A stretch of 64,000 bases of DNA from Shigella phage vB_SdyM_006, in sequence record MK295204; one strand, given 5' to 3'. The translations under genes and the position numbers were made by a program. The notes under the pieces were generated by a model. It saw only the letters and a program-made list of their open reading frames with translations, had not been told where the DNA came from and made no database searches. Below, in pieces: positions 9,474-18,288 of the stretch. The first letter of the stretch is position 1. The number at the start of each line of letters is the position of its first letter.

Positions 9474-10089
9474 AAAGTTCTTTTCCTACTCTTTTATAAG
9501 AAGAATCTAATGAAATACCTAAATATAATTTTAATTTATCTAATTTAGATAGCTTATTAAATCTTTCTCCAGACTTAATAATAGTTTTTAATATACTAAT
9601 ATCTTTATCTTTAGATTTAACACATTTTTTATATTCTTTATTAAGACGTTTCATTTGCGCTTCTTTTAATCTAACAGATTCTGCTAATTGTTTATCATTT
9701 GGACAACACGCTAAACGCTTTTTAAGTTGGTTCAATTTTATTTGAGCTCTATCAAGTCCAGCTTTTGTTGTCTCTTTTGAGTTTTCACGTGATTTAATTA
9801 TAGCTTTAAGACCTTCTATATCTCGGTCGCCTTTATATTGATTATAAATTCCTTTGATAGGAATAACATTCCCTTTAACATAACCTTTGGAATTATCGAA
9901 TCGTTCAAAAGTAAGAGCATTCGGGTCATTTCGTTTAAATGACACAGAAATCGGTTCATCTGAATAAGCACACTTTGTTTGCTCACAAATATTTTGAACG
10001 TATCGCTTGGATAAATTAAACTCTTTATTGCGGGCTTTAGCAGACTGTTTTAAGTGCTTGAATTTACTACTTAATTGTTTAGAATCCAT
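9430..10089 (-). CDS. hypothetical protein, basic, coiled-coil C-terminus
   Basis: 219 aa, ATG with strong AGGAGG Shine-Dalgarno; occupies the srd/modA/modB region of T4 but no ART or sigma motif recognised. Confidence 0.4.
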   Translation of the reverse strand: MDSKQLSSKFKHLKQSAKARNKEFNLSKRYVQNICEQTKCAYSDEPISVSFKRNDPNALTFERFDNSKGYVKGNVIPIKGIYNQYKGDRDIEGLKAIIKSRENSKETTKAGLDRAQIKLNQLKKRLACCPNDKQLAESVRLKEAQMKRLNKEYKKCVKSKDKDISILKTIIKSGERFNKLSKLDKLKLYLGISLDSSYKRVGKELYVLLCDSLQRLFRI

Positions 10090-10145
10090 TTTTTCCTCCT
10101 AGATTTGATGGAAAGAATAATATAATAATCTAGGAGGAATGTAAA

Positions 10146-10340
10146 CTAATTAATGTAAACTATTTTTCCATTGATAGAGTATGTGATGGAAATTTCTTTT
10201 TTAAATCTATCTTTAATGCTTTCCGGGTAAATAGGAAGAATAGAATCGACAATTCTTAATTGGTCTTCTACACTCATAGAAGGACTAACAGGAAAGCCTT
10301 GTTTTTGAAGGATTCTAGACATTTGCATTAATGTTAGCAT
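10146..10340 (-). CDS. hypothetical protein
   Basis: 64 aa ORF, ATG start, stop-start overlap with gene 56. Confidence 0.3.
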   Translation of the reverse strand: MLTLMQMSRILQKQGFPVSPSMSVEDQLRIVDSILPIYPESIKDRFKKEISITYSINGKIVYIN

Positions 10341-10864
10341 TAATAACCTCGGCTTTGACGATCAAAGTTCTCTGCATTTTTTAAATAATACAAAACAAAG
10401 ATTTCTTCTGAAGACATACCAAGTCCAATAAGTTTATTCATAAAGAAATGCACTTGGTCAATCAATTCAAATTTTACTTCAAGTTGATCTGCTTCCGATA
10501 ACTCATCAAAAGGTTTTTTAGACATTTCTTCATGGCGAGCTTTCCAAGGTTTCCATACTGCTGATGCTTCTTTATCGCCATTAGACATACCGCCTAAAGA
10601 TGTATATAATTCACGGGTTTCGTCGTTTAAATAGTCATCTTGACTACGCATCCATTTAAGGATATCGCCACAAGTTTTTAATTCATCAGGTGACTGATTA
10701 TTAAATGGTTTATTTTTTGCTAAAAACACTTGCAATGATTTTTGCATATCAAGCATAACTTGTAAAGGATCACGTCCTGTTGAAACAATATCAGAATATG
10801 CTTCACGTGCTTTTGATAAAGAGTCTTCATCTACTAAAGTTGAACATACATTAAAATGAGCCAT
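10340..10864 (-). CDS. 56: dCTP pyrophosphatase gp56 (MazG-like)
   Basis: 174 aa; MAHFNVCS...DPLQVMLDMQKSLQ...ETRELYTSLGGMSNGDKEASAVWKPWK...EEIFVLYYLKNAENFDRQSRGY closely matches remembered T4 gp56. Confidence 0.8.
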   Translation of the reverse strand: MAHFNVCSTLVDEDSLSKAREAYSDIVSTGRDPLQVMLDMQKSLQVFLAKNKPFNNQSPDELKTCGDILKWMRSQDDYLNDETRELYTSLGGMSNGDKEASAVWKPWKARHEEMSKKPFDELSEADQLEVKFELIDQVHFFMNKLIGLGMSSEEIFVLYYLKNAENFDRQSRGY

Positions 10865-10872
10865 AATTTTCC

Positions 10873-11436
10873 TTATTCATAATGGATTAAAGTTTTTTGT
10901 GGTTGAGTAACGTTAATAACAGAACAAATTTTATCACATGACGGGTCTAAAGCTGAAATCCAAAAACCTGAGTCGTTCCATAAAGGCTCTTCAGAATATG
11001 CATAGATATCACCGTTTCGGTTTGTAGCAATATAATTTTTATCCTTTTTTATAAAAAGGGTTTTGCCAAAATATTCAACTTGTTTATATATCTCTTCAAC
11101 ACAATGGTCCCAAATAATTGAAGGGTCTTCTTGTTTAATTAAAAAATCTTTTGCTTCTTGTTCGGTATCAAAATAAAGACCTTCTGGTTTATGTGAACCG
11201 ACATAATAAAAAATTCTGTCTGGTGTATTTACTTGTTCTAAATCTTTTAATCTGTATGTATTAAATGCACCATTATCCCAGTTCACTTTAACACAATATC
11301 CATTAGTACCTTGATATTCTTCAGTAATTGTCCCTTCGACATGTGGATTTTCACGTTCTGGATTGGTAGAGTACCATTCAGAAGTTTTAGAAATACGTAC
11401 ACGATTACCTGGATAAAGCTGGTTTTTCTCTAACAT
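10873..11436 (-). CDS. hypothetical protein, tandem paralog family (copy A)
   Basis: 187 aa; N-terminal GNRVRISKTSEW...NP..EGTIT motif and C-terminal NYIATNRNGDIY shared with next ORFs. Confidence 0.45.
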   Translation of the reverse strand: MLEKNQLYPGNRVRISKTSEWYSTNPERENPHVEGTITEEYQGTNGYCVKVNWDNGAFNTYRLKDLEQVNTPDRIFYYVGSHKPEGLYFDTEQEAKDFLIKQEDPSIIWDHCVEEIYKQVEYFGKTLFIKKDKNYIATNRNGDIYAYSEEPLWNDSGFWISALDPSCDKICSVINVTQPQKTLIHYE

Positions 11437-11651
11437 TATACTTTCCTTAAACTTTTAGTCCAATGCACATTAATAGAGCATTTATCAATATAAAATATAT
11501 CACCAGGTGTAACCCAAATATACCCAGGATTTAAATATGGCCTTTTAGTGAATCCATATAAACGCCCATCAGATTCCATAGCAACATATTTTACATCATC
11601 ATTAACAGATAACTGTAGACCTAAATAATCTACAGTTTTTGTATTAACCAT
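11436..11651 (-). CDS. hypothetical protein, truncated paralog (C-terminal domain only)
   Basis: 71 aa; DYLGLQLSVNDDVKYVAMESDGRLYGF resembles C-terminal halves of flanking paralogs. Confidence 0.35.
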   Translation of the reverse strand: MVNTKTVDYLGLQLSVNDDVKYVAMESDGRLYGFTKRPYLNPGYIWVTPGDIFYIDKCSINVHWTKSLRKV

Positions 11652-12201
11652 ATTCTACAAGAGAATTTTTAGCTGTAAACGGTGCAGCACTGTTAAAACT
11701 ACCAATCCAATAGCAATTTTTATCGTAGGCCCGCCATTTTTGTAATAGATTATCGTATTCTGGTTTATCCCAGAATCCATTTACAATACCATCGACATTA
11801 GTAGCAATATAATTAATTGATTCCGGGACTTCAAATTCTTTGCCTAAGTAGTTCAGAACTTTTGTTTTGTCTTTAGGTCTTTCAACAAAAGAGCCCCAAT
11901 CAATAGTTTTTAATTGCAAATTACGTAAATGTTCTTTTGCTTCTTGTTCGGTGTCAAATACTTGAAGTGTTTCATTATTAAGAACACCATACACAAACAC
12001 TGGGTTGTTTACTAAATACAGATCTTCTTCTTTGTATTCATTATAAGACCCAAGGTCCCATTTTACACCAATAGGAAGAGTATTTCCAACAACAATGTCA
12101 GTTATAGTTCCTTCACAATTTGGATTAGCCTCTGTATTACCAGCAGCAATCCAATTAGAATTAGAACTAATTTTTACACGATCGCCTTTTTTAAATTTCA
12201 T
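11644..12201 (-). CDS. hypothetical protein, tandem paralog family (copy B)
   Basis: 185 aa; MKFKKGDRVKISSNSNW...NPNCEGTITD; FDTEQEAKEHL shared with copy A (FDTEQEAKDFL). Confidence 0.45.
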   Translation of the reverse strand: MKFKKGDRVKISSNSNWIAAGNTEANPNCEGTITDIVVGNTLPIGVKWDLGSYNEYKEEDLYLVNNPVFVYGVLNNETLQVFDTEQEAKEHLRNLQLKTIDWGSFVERPKDKTKVLNYLGKEFEVPESINYIATNVDGIVNGFWDKPEYDNLLQKWRAYDKNCYWIGSFNSAAPFTAKNSLVEYG

Positions 12202-12776
12202 TATAATTCCACCAAAGAATTTTTAGGATTTTCGATAACTTCTGCTCTAATAAGCAGTTCTACTTCTATGTCGCCACACTCGTCAGACCAAATACCGTCA
12301 TCTTCGTCATAAGTAGGTTTATGCATAAACGAATAAATATCGCCATCTTCATCAGTAGCAATATAATAATGGTCATCTTTAACTAATAATTCAACACCAA
12401 GATAATTAACAGATTTATATCCAGGAATATGTTGTTTATACGAAACTTTAAGTTTTGGTTCTTTATATGTAAGTTTTTCTAATTCCAAATTAGCCGTATG
12501 TAGTGAAGCAAATGTGCCATTTTTAGGGTCACCAAAAAATCCAATAGTGTAAAGAATTTTAGGCTCTATATTTTTAGCAGAAACTAAATCTTCTCCACGA
12601 TAAGTATTCGTGTAGCCCGAGTCCCATTGAACCTTGATAAAATGAGTGTCTTCATCGATTTGAGGGTACAATTCAATAACTATTCCTTTTACATCAGATG
12701 GGTTGTGGTCTGACTTGCCAAAATATTGTGAGCCAGGAGCAAGTAATACTTTATCACCGATATTAAATTCGCTCAT
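12201..12776 (-). CDS. hypothetical protein, tandem paralog family (copy C)
   Basis: 191 aa; MSEFNIGDKVLLAPGSQYF...NPSDVKGIVIE; HYYIATDEDGDIYSF. Confidence 0.45.
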   Translation of the reverse strand: MSEFNIGDKVLLAPGSQYFGKSDHNPSDVKGIVIELYPQIDEDTHFIKVQWDSGYTNTYRGEDLVSAKNIEPKILYTIGFFGDPKNGTFASLHTANLELEKLTYKEPKLKVSYKQHIPGYKSVNYLGVELLVKDDHYYIATDEDGDIYSFMHKPTYDEDDGIWSDECGDIEVELLIRAEVIENPKNSLVEL

Positions 12777-12786
12777 TATGAGTCCT

Positions 12787-13239
12787 TTATTTTAAGATAT
12801 TTGAAGCTAATTGGATATCATAAAAGGATAACCCAATTAAGCCATTAACTTGAATGAAGTTGCCTTCTAGGCCATATACATAATGCTGAATAGAATCATC
12901 TAATACAACATATTTTTCGACTTTATGGTCTAAAACATACCTTAAGATACTTACACCGCGTGATCGTCCGCCACCAGTATAATCTATTGTATCATAGATG
13001 TCTATTCCTAGAGCTTCAGAGATTTCTTTTTCTCGCTCTTTGCATTTGGGGTCTCCAGACGGTCTGGCCCAAGAAGAAATTAAAACAACTTTAGCGTCGA
13101 CACACGATAATAGGTCATGGAAACGTTGCAATTCATAGTGTCCAATATAACCTAAACGTGTTCTAACTGCTAAATCATCGTCAAAACATGATCGTTGGCT
13201 ATTTAACACACCGTCAATATCAAGAAATATCACATTCAT
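12787..13239 (-). CDS. HAD-superfamily hydrolase-like protein
   Basis: Track ORF 12787..13254; start moved to ATG at 13239 (TAATG coupling); MNVIFLDIDGVLN = HAD motif I (DxDG). Confidence 0.45.
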   Translation of the reverse strand: MNVIFLDIDGVLNSQRSCFDDDLAVRTRLGYIGHYELQRFHDLLSCVDAKVVLISSWARPSGDPKCKEREKEISEALGIDIYDTIDYTGGGRSRGVSILRYVLDHKVEKYVVLDDSIQHYVYGLEGNFIQVNGLIGLSFYDIQLASNILK

Positions 13240-13424
13240 TAGTTTTCTTCCCATGCATCACATTCTGTTGTGTCATCACGAACTACGTCTTCGTCAATTA
13301 ACACACCACAACCGTATTCTTCAACATCTTTTAAAGCCTCTTCAATTGTTTCAGCTTCAACTTCATAAATCCGTCGTCCGCGAACATATCCTGAAAAGTT
13401 TACTCCAACTTTAAATTTGGCCAT
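13239..13424 (-). CDS. hypothetical acidic small protein
   Basis: Track start is TTG; first ATG at 13424 with GGAG Shine-Dalgarno; 61 aa. Confidence 0.3.
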   Translation of the reverse strand: MAKFKVGVNFSGYVRGRRIYEVEAETIEEALKDVEEYGCGVLIDEDVVRDDTTECDAWEEN

Positions 13425-13740
13425 ATTCTTCTCCAATTTTAATTAAAATTTTTGCCAATGCTTCTTGGTATGTTTTTCCTGCTAAACTAGAGTCAAAATT
13501 AGAACTTATTAAGCTATCACTTTCCGAAGTCCAAAAATCTCTATGATGTGTAACAGAAATTTTATGCTTCTCGATAACTTCAAAAATATTCTTAGGTGGA
13601 TTTTTAAAGAAGTCGAATTCATACCAATTATATCCATCACCCCAATGAATAGTATCACCAGAACCATCAGACACATCTTCCCAGTCAACAAACAAAGAAA
13701 GTAATTTTTGATTCATTTCTTTTTTAGTCATATCAGACAT
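13411..13740 (-). CDS. hypothetical protein
   Basis: 109 aa ORF, ATG start. Confidence 0.35.
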   Translation of the reverse strand: MSDMTKKEMNQKLLSLFVDWEDVSDGSGDTIHWGDGYNWYEFDFFKNPPKNIFEVIEKHKISVTHHRDFWTSESDSLISSNFDSSLAGKTYQEALAKILIKIGEEYGQI

Positions 13741-13742
13741 AA

Positions 13743-14762
13743 TTATCCCTTACAGTATTTTGCATGTCTAAGTTTAGCTTCCAATCCAGAACATATATTA
13801 TCTTTCATATATTGCTCTATTTCTTCTGCAGTAGCACCTTCTTTAACAATCATATCATTGACATCTTTGGATGTAAACTTTAATTTATCCCACATAACAA
13901 CTTTTTCACCGGCTTCAATTAATTTTTCCAGACGTTTTGATGTATCTGGATGTCTAGGTTCATTATCTAGTACCCACACACGAGTATGCGGGAATGGAAC
14001 AAAATCAAGACTTAAAGTACCGCCTGTTATTGCACAGGAATTAGGAATAAACAAAGAATCTAACGGCCCTTCAAACATAAAAACAGTTTTATTTGGGTCA
14101 ACTGTATCTTGTCCGTATATCTTAGTAGAACTCTCAGAAGCTTTTATTGTCACATATTTTGCATTAGATTTCTTTAAAGCCCTTCCTTGGAAACTTTCTA
14201 TCTCACCATCTTTATTGAAAATAGGAATAACTAATCTATATTCTTGTTTTGGCGTGTCGTAAGTCCCAGGAACAACACTGTTACATAATCCTTGCCAATC
14301 TGTAGTAAACCATAACCTTGACCATTTGTCTTTAGGAATCTTCCTGGCCTTAACATAAGATATAATAGGGTGCGATTCCGGTAATTTATCTAATCGTTCA
14401 GAAAAATTTAATTTTTCTATTATCTTTTTAGGGGCATGTTTGGGTTCGAATTTTTCTACGGGTTTATAAAAAACATTTTGTTCTTTTCTGCGCTCCATTA
14501 ATAAAGAAGGCCAGAGTTCAGGATGATGGTCTTTAACAAATTCAGTAAAAGGTCTGCTATAATCACAGTTAAAGCATTTTACCCAGAGACAATCCATTTC
14601 TTGGAGTTCTATAATCCAGAATCTAGCTTTAGTTTCAGAAACAGCCGAATCACCACAAATAGGACACCTACAGTTAACCCTAAATGGTGAATTACTAGTC
14701 TTTTTATACATTGGTTCAAATCTGACAATATTGTCAGCAAAATCATAATCAGCTAAAAACAT
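13743..14762 (-). CDS. 61: DNA primase gp61
   Basis: 339 aa; zinc ribbon CRCPICGDS...C..C, then VKARKIPKDKWSRLWFTTDW, ESFQGRALKK, RVWVLDNEPRHPDT, SKDVNDMIVKEGAT match remembered T4 gp61. Confidence 0.85.
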   Translation of the reverse strand: MFLADYDFADNIVRFEPMYKKTSNSPFRVNCRCPICGDSAVSETKARFWIIELQEMDCLWVKCFNCDYSRPFTEFVKDHHPELWPSLLMERRKEQNVFYKPVEKFEPKHAPKKIIEKLNFSERLDKLPESHPIISYVKARKIPKDKWSRLWFTTDWQGLCNSVVPGTYDTPKQEYRLVIPIFNKDGEIESFQGRALKKSNAKYVTIKASESSTKIYGQDTVDPNKTVFMFEGPLDSLFIPNSCAITGGTLSLDFVPFPHTRVWVLDNEPRHPDTSKRLEKLIEAGEKVVMWDKLKFTSKDVNDMIVKEGATAEEIEQYMKDNICSGLEAKLRHAKYCKG

Positions 14763-14775
14763 ATATCCTCTATAC

Positions 14776-14798
14776 CAAAAAAGGAGCCATGGCTCCTT
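14776..14798 (-). terminator. intrinsic terminator hairpin
   Basis: aaaaaaggagccatggctcctt palindrome with A-run (U-run on minus) between 123-aa ORF and gene 61. Confidence 0.5.
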
Positions 14799-14809
14799 TA
14801 TATCATAAT

Positions 14810-15181
14810 TTAATTAGTAGCATCTTTTTTCTTTTTCTTGCCTAATTTATTAGGGCCTTTTGAAGTAATAGAACCGGTGGTTTTTCCTGATGCAATGTTT
14901 TCTATACTTCCACCAGAATCGCCAGCTACCATTTCTTCTATAATCGGATGTTCTAAAAATGATTCATCCAAATTATAGTCATCCATTATCTCATATACTT
15001 TTTTAACCCGTTCAGCATAAATTTTTGAACCTTGCTTTAACCACCTTACATCTTTGTGTAACCGGGTATAAGAAGGGTCATGCATAACAAATTTAATAAC
15101 ATCACCGTTTTCATTAATGATGCCTTTTTTAAAGGCATCCCATTCAGTAAAAGGCATTTCTAATAATTCAATTATGCTCAT
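14810..15181 (-). CDS. hypothetical protein with lysine-rich C-terminal tail
   Basis: 123 aa, ATG start, ATGA overlap with gene 41. Confidence 0.35.
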   Translation of the reverse strand: MSIIELLEMPFTEWDAFKKGIINENGDVIKFVMHDPSYTRLHKDVRWLKQGSKIYAERVKKVYEIMDDYNLDESFLEHPIIEEMVAGDSGGSIENIASGKTTGSITSKGPNKLGKKKKKDATN

Positions 15182-16599
15182 AAAATTAATCCTTCTAAAC
15201 TATCTGCTAATTTATCAATCTTATCACGAGTATTTAATTCTGCTTGGTTAATCATTTTACCTTGGACTACATTAAGGTCTGGTTCTTCTTTGATAGTCGA
15301 ATCAGTTTCTACCCAGCGTTGATTACCCTTTTTAACAATTAAATTAAACTTGTTCCATTTATTTTTATCTCCATATCGAGATTTAATTTGTTTAATTAAT
15401 TGTTGTCCCATTTGGGCCAGTTCTTCTGTTTCTACAACACCCAACATAAAATCTGCTGTGGCTGGTAAACCTGCTGATTCAGCCACATCTGCCATTTCCA
15501 TATCAGACGCTGACCAGGCTTGTCTTCCGGTTTGAGCAGCTGTCCATAGTACTGTTTGGGTTTCAATAGCAAGACCACGTAATTCTTCAGCAATTGCTTT
15601 AATTAAAGTATAGCTATTTTCTGTGAATTTTAAACGAGTACTACCACAAATGCCAAGATAGTCGATAATAATAACATCTGGAATAAACCCATCTTTTAAT
15701 TTAAGTTCATTTAAAAGAGCTCGGAATGTATTAGCATTAGCGCCGCCAGTCGGATATTGTTTGAATTTTAATCTTCCTGGGGTTTTTCCACCGGAACCTT
15801 TTTTAAGGCGTTCCATTTTTGCCTTAAATTCCGCATAAGTAATATTATTATTATCAATGTCATCTAATGAGACATCCAGTAAATTGGCGTCAATACGTTT
15901 TGCACAGACATGCTCTGCCATTTCCATACTGATATATAAAACGTTATATCCAGTTTGTAAATAGTCTGCAGCTAAAGAACATAGACCAAGTGATTTACCA
16001 ACGTTAACACCTGCCATTAAAATGTTAAGTGTACCTTTTTCAGCACCACCTTTAGTTATTCTATTAAGAATAGATAGTTTAAAAGGAATCTTATTAGCTT
16101 TTGTTTGGTACAATAACCAGCGTTTTTCATAATCATCAAAATAATCATGACCAATATCAGAATCAAAGCAAATAGACAATGCTTCTTGAAGAATCTCAGG
16201 AATAATTCCTTTATCTGGGAGTCTTTTATCGCGTTTGGATTCTTCTAAAGTTGCATTAGTTTGAATTTCGATACTTTTAGACATAGCATTATAAAGAGCT
16301 ATATCTTGGACATACTTTTCTGTAGATTTGACCAGCCAATCAAAATCTTCAGGAGTATTTTTCATTTTCCCTAAAAATTCTTTAGCGGCTTTAAATTGGG
16401 CTTCACCAAGAGAACTATTATCAATAGCAATATCTAATGCTGTCATTGATGGGACAGATTTAAATTCTTCTACGTGTTTTTTAATAGTGTCAAAAACCGT
16501 TTTAGAAGACCCGTCAAAATATTCTTGTTTTAAATATGGCCATACTTTAATGAAATAGTCTTTATTATAAATTAGCTGAGATAATATTACATTAACCAT
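15178..16599 (-). CDS. 41: replicative DNA helicase gp41 (DnaB-like)
   Basis: 473 aa; NILMAGVNVGKSLGL Walker A, RecA-like core, size and position as T4 gp41. Confidence 0.85.
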   Translation of the reverse strand: MVNVILSQLIYNKDYFIKVWPYLKQEYFDGSSKTVFDTIKKHVEEFKSVPSMTALDIAIDNSSLGEAQFKAAKEFLGKMKNTPEDFDWLVKSTEKYVQDIALYNAMSKSIEIQTNATLEESKRDKRLPDKGIIPEILQEALSICFDSDIGHDYFDDYEKRWLLYQTKANKIPFKLSILNRITKGGAEKGTLNILMAGVNVGKSLGLCSLAADYLQTGYNVLYISMEMAEHVCAKRIDANLLDVSLDDIDNNNITYAEFKAKMERLKKGSGGKTPGRLKFKQYPTGGANANTFRALLNELKLKDGFIPDVIIIDYLGICGSTRLKFTENSYTLIKAIAEELRGLAIETQTVLWTAAQTGRQAWSASDMEMADVAESAGLPATADFMLGVVETEELAQMGQQLIKQIKSRYGDKNKWNKFNLIVKKGNQRWVETDSTIKEEPDLNVVQGKMINQAELNTRDKIDKLADSLEGLIL

Positions 16600-16961
16600 T
16601 AGTGTCCCTTAAAGATGTCAAAAATACTAAAACCTTTTTTAACTTCAGTATTTTCAATTTGTGTTTTAATACATTTTTCTATGTGAGGTTCTAAAATATC
16701 TTTAGGTAAATCAGAAAGCGTAGAATAATCATATTCTACTTTACCGTTTTTAATATCTATAGAATGGATATACACTAAGTGTGGAGTATTATTGATTAAT
16801 ACAATTATTTCTTGGATAACATTTTTCATAGATTCTTTAACAACTTCTAATGACTTTTCATATATCTCTTGGTCATTTCCGATGTCATCAAGAATCTTAA
16901 ATTCTTGGTCAAAGTTTTGCATAGATATAGTTTCCGCAGTCCCAAATTCGTCGAAGACCAT
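16599..16961 (-). CDS. hypothetical protein (gene 40 position)
   Basis: 120 aa, ATG start; lies between gene 41 and the uvsX side as gene 40 does in T4; sequence not recognised. Confidence 0.3.
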   Translation of the reverse strand: MVFDEFGTAETISMQNFDQEFKILDDIGNDQEIYEKSLEVVKESMKNVIQEIIVLINNTPHLVYIHSIDIKNGKVEYDYSTLSDLPKDILEPHIEKCIKTQIENTEVKKGFSIFDIFKGH

Positions 16962-18288
16962 TATTATAACAGTTTTCTACTTCAGTTAATTTAGGATTAA
17001 AATAGTTAAGTTTATCTTTTAATTTATGTTTCATAAAAGACGATCGATGATATAACTTATCCTTTACAACATAATAATAACATGGTTCTGTTGTTCCAAT
17101 ATAAGTAAGGGCTAGTTTATTATACACATTACCTTGAGACCATCGTCTATTGGCATAAGATATAAACGATAAACCATTAAGAAGTCTAGAAGCTCCGCCA
17201 ACAACAGTATGTCCTATTTTAGAACATAATCTAAGAAGTTCTAGGTCATAATTATTATTATATCTAGTTTTACCTAAAACAGCCACTTGGACTAGTTCAT
17301 TATTATAAAATAGGCCTTTGTATATCGAACCAGGGCATTTTCCTTGTAAATGATTCTGTTCAACGAACTCATTAGCAAGCTGCTTATCTATATCCTTTAA
17401 TTCACACTTACGAGCATAAATTCTTTTAGATAACCCAAGTTTGTTTTTTATGACAGATTTCCATATTTCTTTTTTAATAGGGTCAATCCATTCGCTTTCA
17501 AAAATATGAAGAAGATGTATTCCTTTAGATTCACATAATTCGGTTTTATCTAAATGATACTTAGATAATCGTTTATCATCTTCTTTTGTTCCTGAAGAAT
17601 GCCAATAAATGCCATTAAATTCTATTGCCAGGGAATGACCAGGAACATAAATATCTAATTCATATGGTAATATAACTTGTTTAGTGTTGTGTTCACAGGA
17701 CACACCTAGAGAACACACGTAGTCATATACTTCTTGTTCTAATTGAGATTTTCCTGATAATGATTTAATAGGATACCCATGTTTTTCCATGAACTTAAAA
17801 GCAGAGGAATGAGAATTTAAAGATAGTCCAAAATGCTCAGCAACATAAGTCCAATGTTTATTTGATAAAGATTCCATTATCTCTTTATTTTTTATGTCAT
17901 CCAGGTTTTTATATTCCAATTGTAGTGGATGTTCACCTAGATTATATTTCTTTCCTCCCCATTTTCGTTGTTTACCGTATTTAGAAACACACGTTGCTTT
18001 TGTTTTGTCTTGGACTTTTTTAGATTTAATAGAACATCTATTAGAACAGACTTCAAGAAGTTTATTTCTATATACAATAACTGGTTTACCACAATGGCAT
18101 TTAGGTATATCATTAGAACAATTTATTCCATTTTCAAGAAACACAACAACCTGGGGTAAAGACACCCCAGGAAAGTTTTTAGTTATTTCTTGAAATAAGT
18201 CTTTACGGTTCTTTTCTAGCCAGGCTAAATTTCTTTTAGAAACTAATCGCCCATTAGAATAGCATAAAGATTTTATTTCATTTATCAT
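16909..18288 (-). CDS. putative freestanding nuclease (homing-endonuclease-like), Cys-rich N-terminus plus Vsr/DUF559-like PD-(D/E)xK motif
   Basis: 459 aa inserted between uvsX and gene 40 (absent in T4 there); CHCGKP...CSNRC; ELDIYVPGHSLAIEFNGIYWHS resembles Vsr-type endonuclease core; ATGA coupling to uvsX. Confidence 0.4.
   Translation of the reverse strand: MINEIKSLCYSNGRLVSKRNLAWLEKNRKDLFQEITKNFPGVSLPQVVVFLENGINCSNDIPKCHCGKPVIVYRNKLLEVCSNRCSIKSKKVQDKTKATCVSKYGKQRKWGGKKYNLGEHPLQLEYKNLDDIKNKEIMESLSNKHWTYVAEHFGLSLNSHSSAFKFMEKHGYPIKSLSGKSQLEQEVYDYVCSLGVSCEHNTKQVILPYELDIYVPGHSLAIEFNGIYWHSSGTKEDDKRLSKYHLDKTELCESKGIHLLHIFESEWIDPIKKEIWKSVIKNKLGLSKRIYARKCELKDIDKQLANEFVEQNHLQGKCPGSIYKGLFYNNELVQVAVLGKTRYNNNYDLELLRLCSKIGHTVVGGASRLLNGLSFISYANRRWSQGNVYNKLALTYIGTTEPCYYYVVKDKLYHRSSFMKHKLKDKLNYFNPKLTEVENCYNNGLRRIWDCGNYIYAKL

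Noticed and set aside
9430-10089. HNH/endonuclease-VII-like nuclease or ModA/ModB-type ADP-ribosyltransferase assignment for the 219-aa ORF
   Set aside because: No Cys-His metal site and no R-S-E ART triad could be identified by eye; kept as hypothetical
13509-13691. Minus-strand alternative-frame ORFs nested in larger genes (13509-13691, 25356-25610, 26057-26254, 35456-35644, 47940-48122)
   Set aside because: Fully contained in better-supported ORFs in another frame; hydrophobic low-complexity translations typical of AT-rich out-of-frame reading
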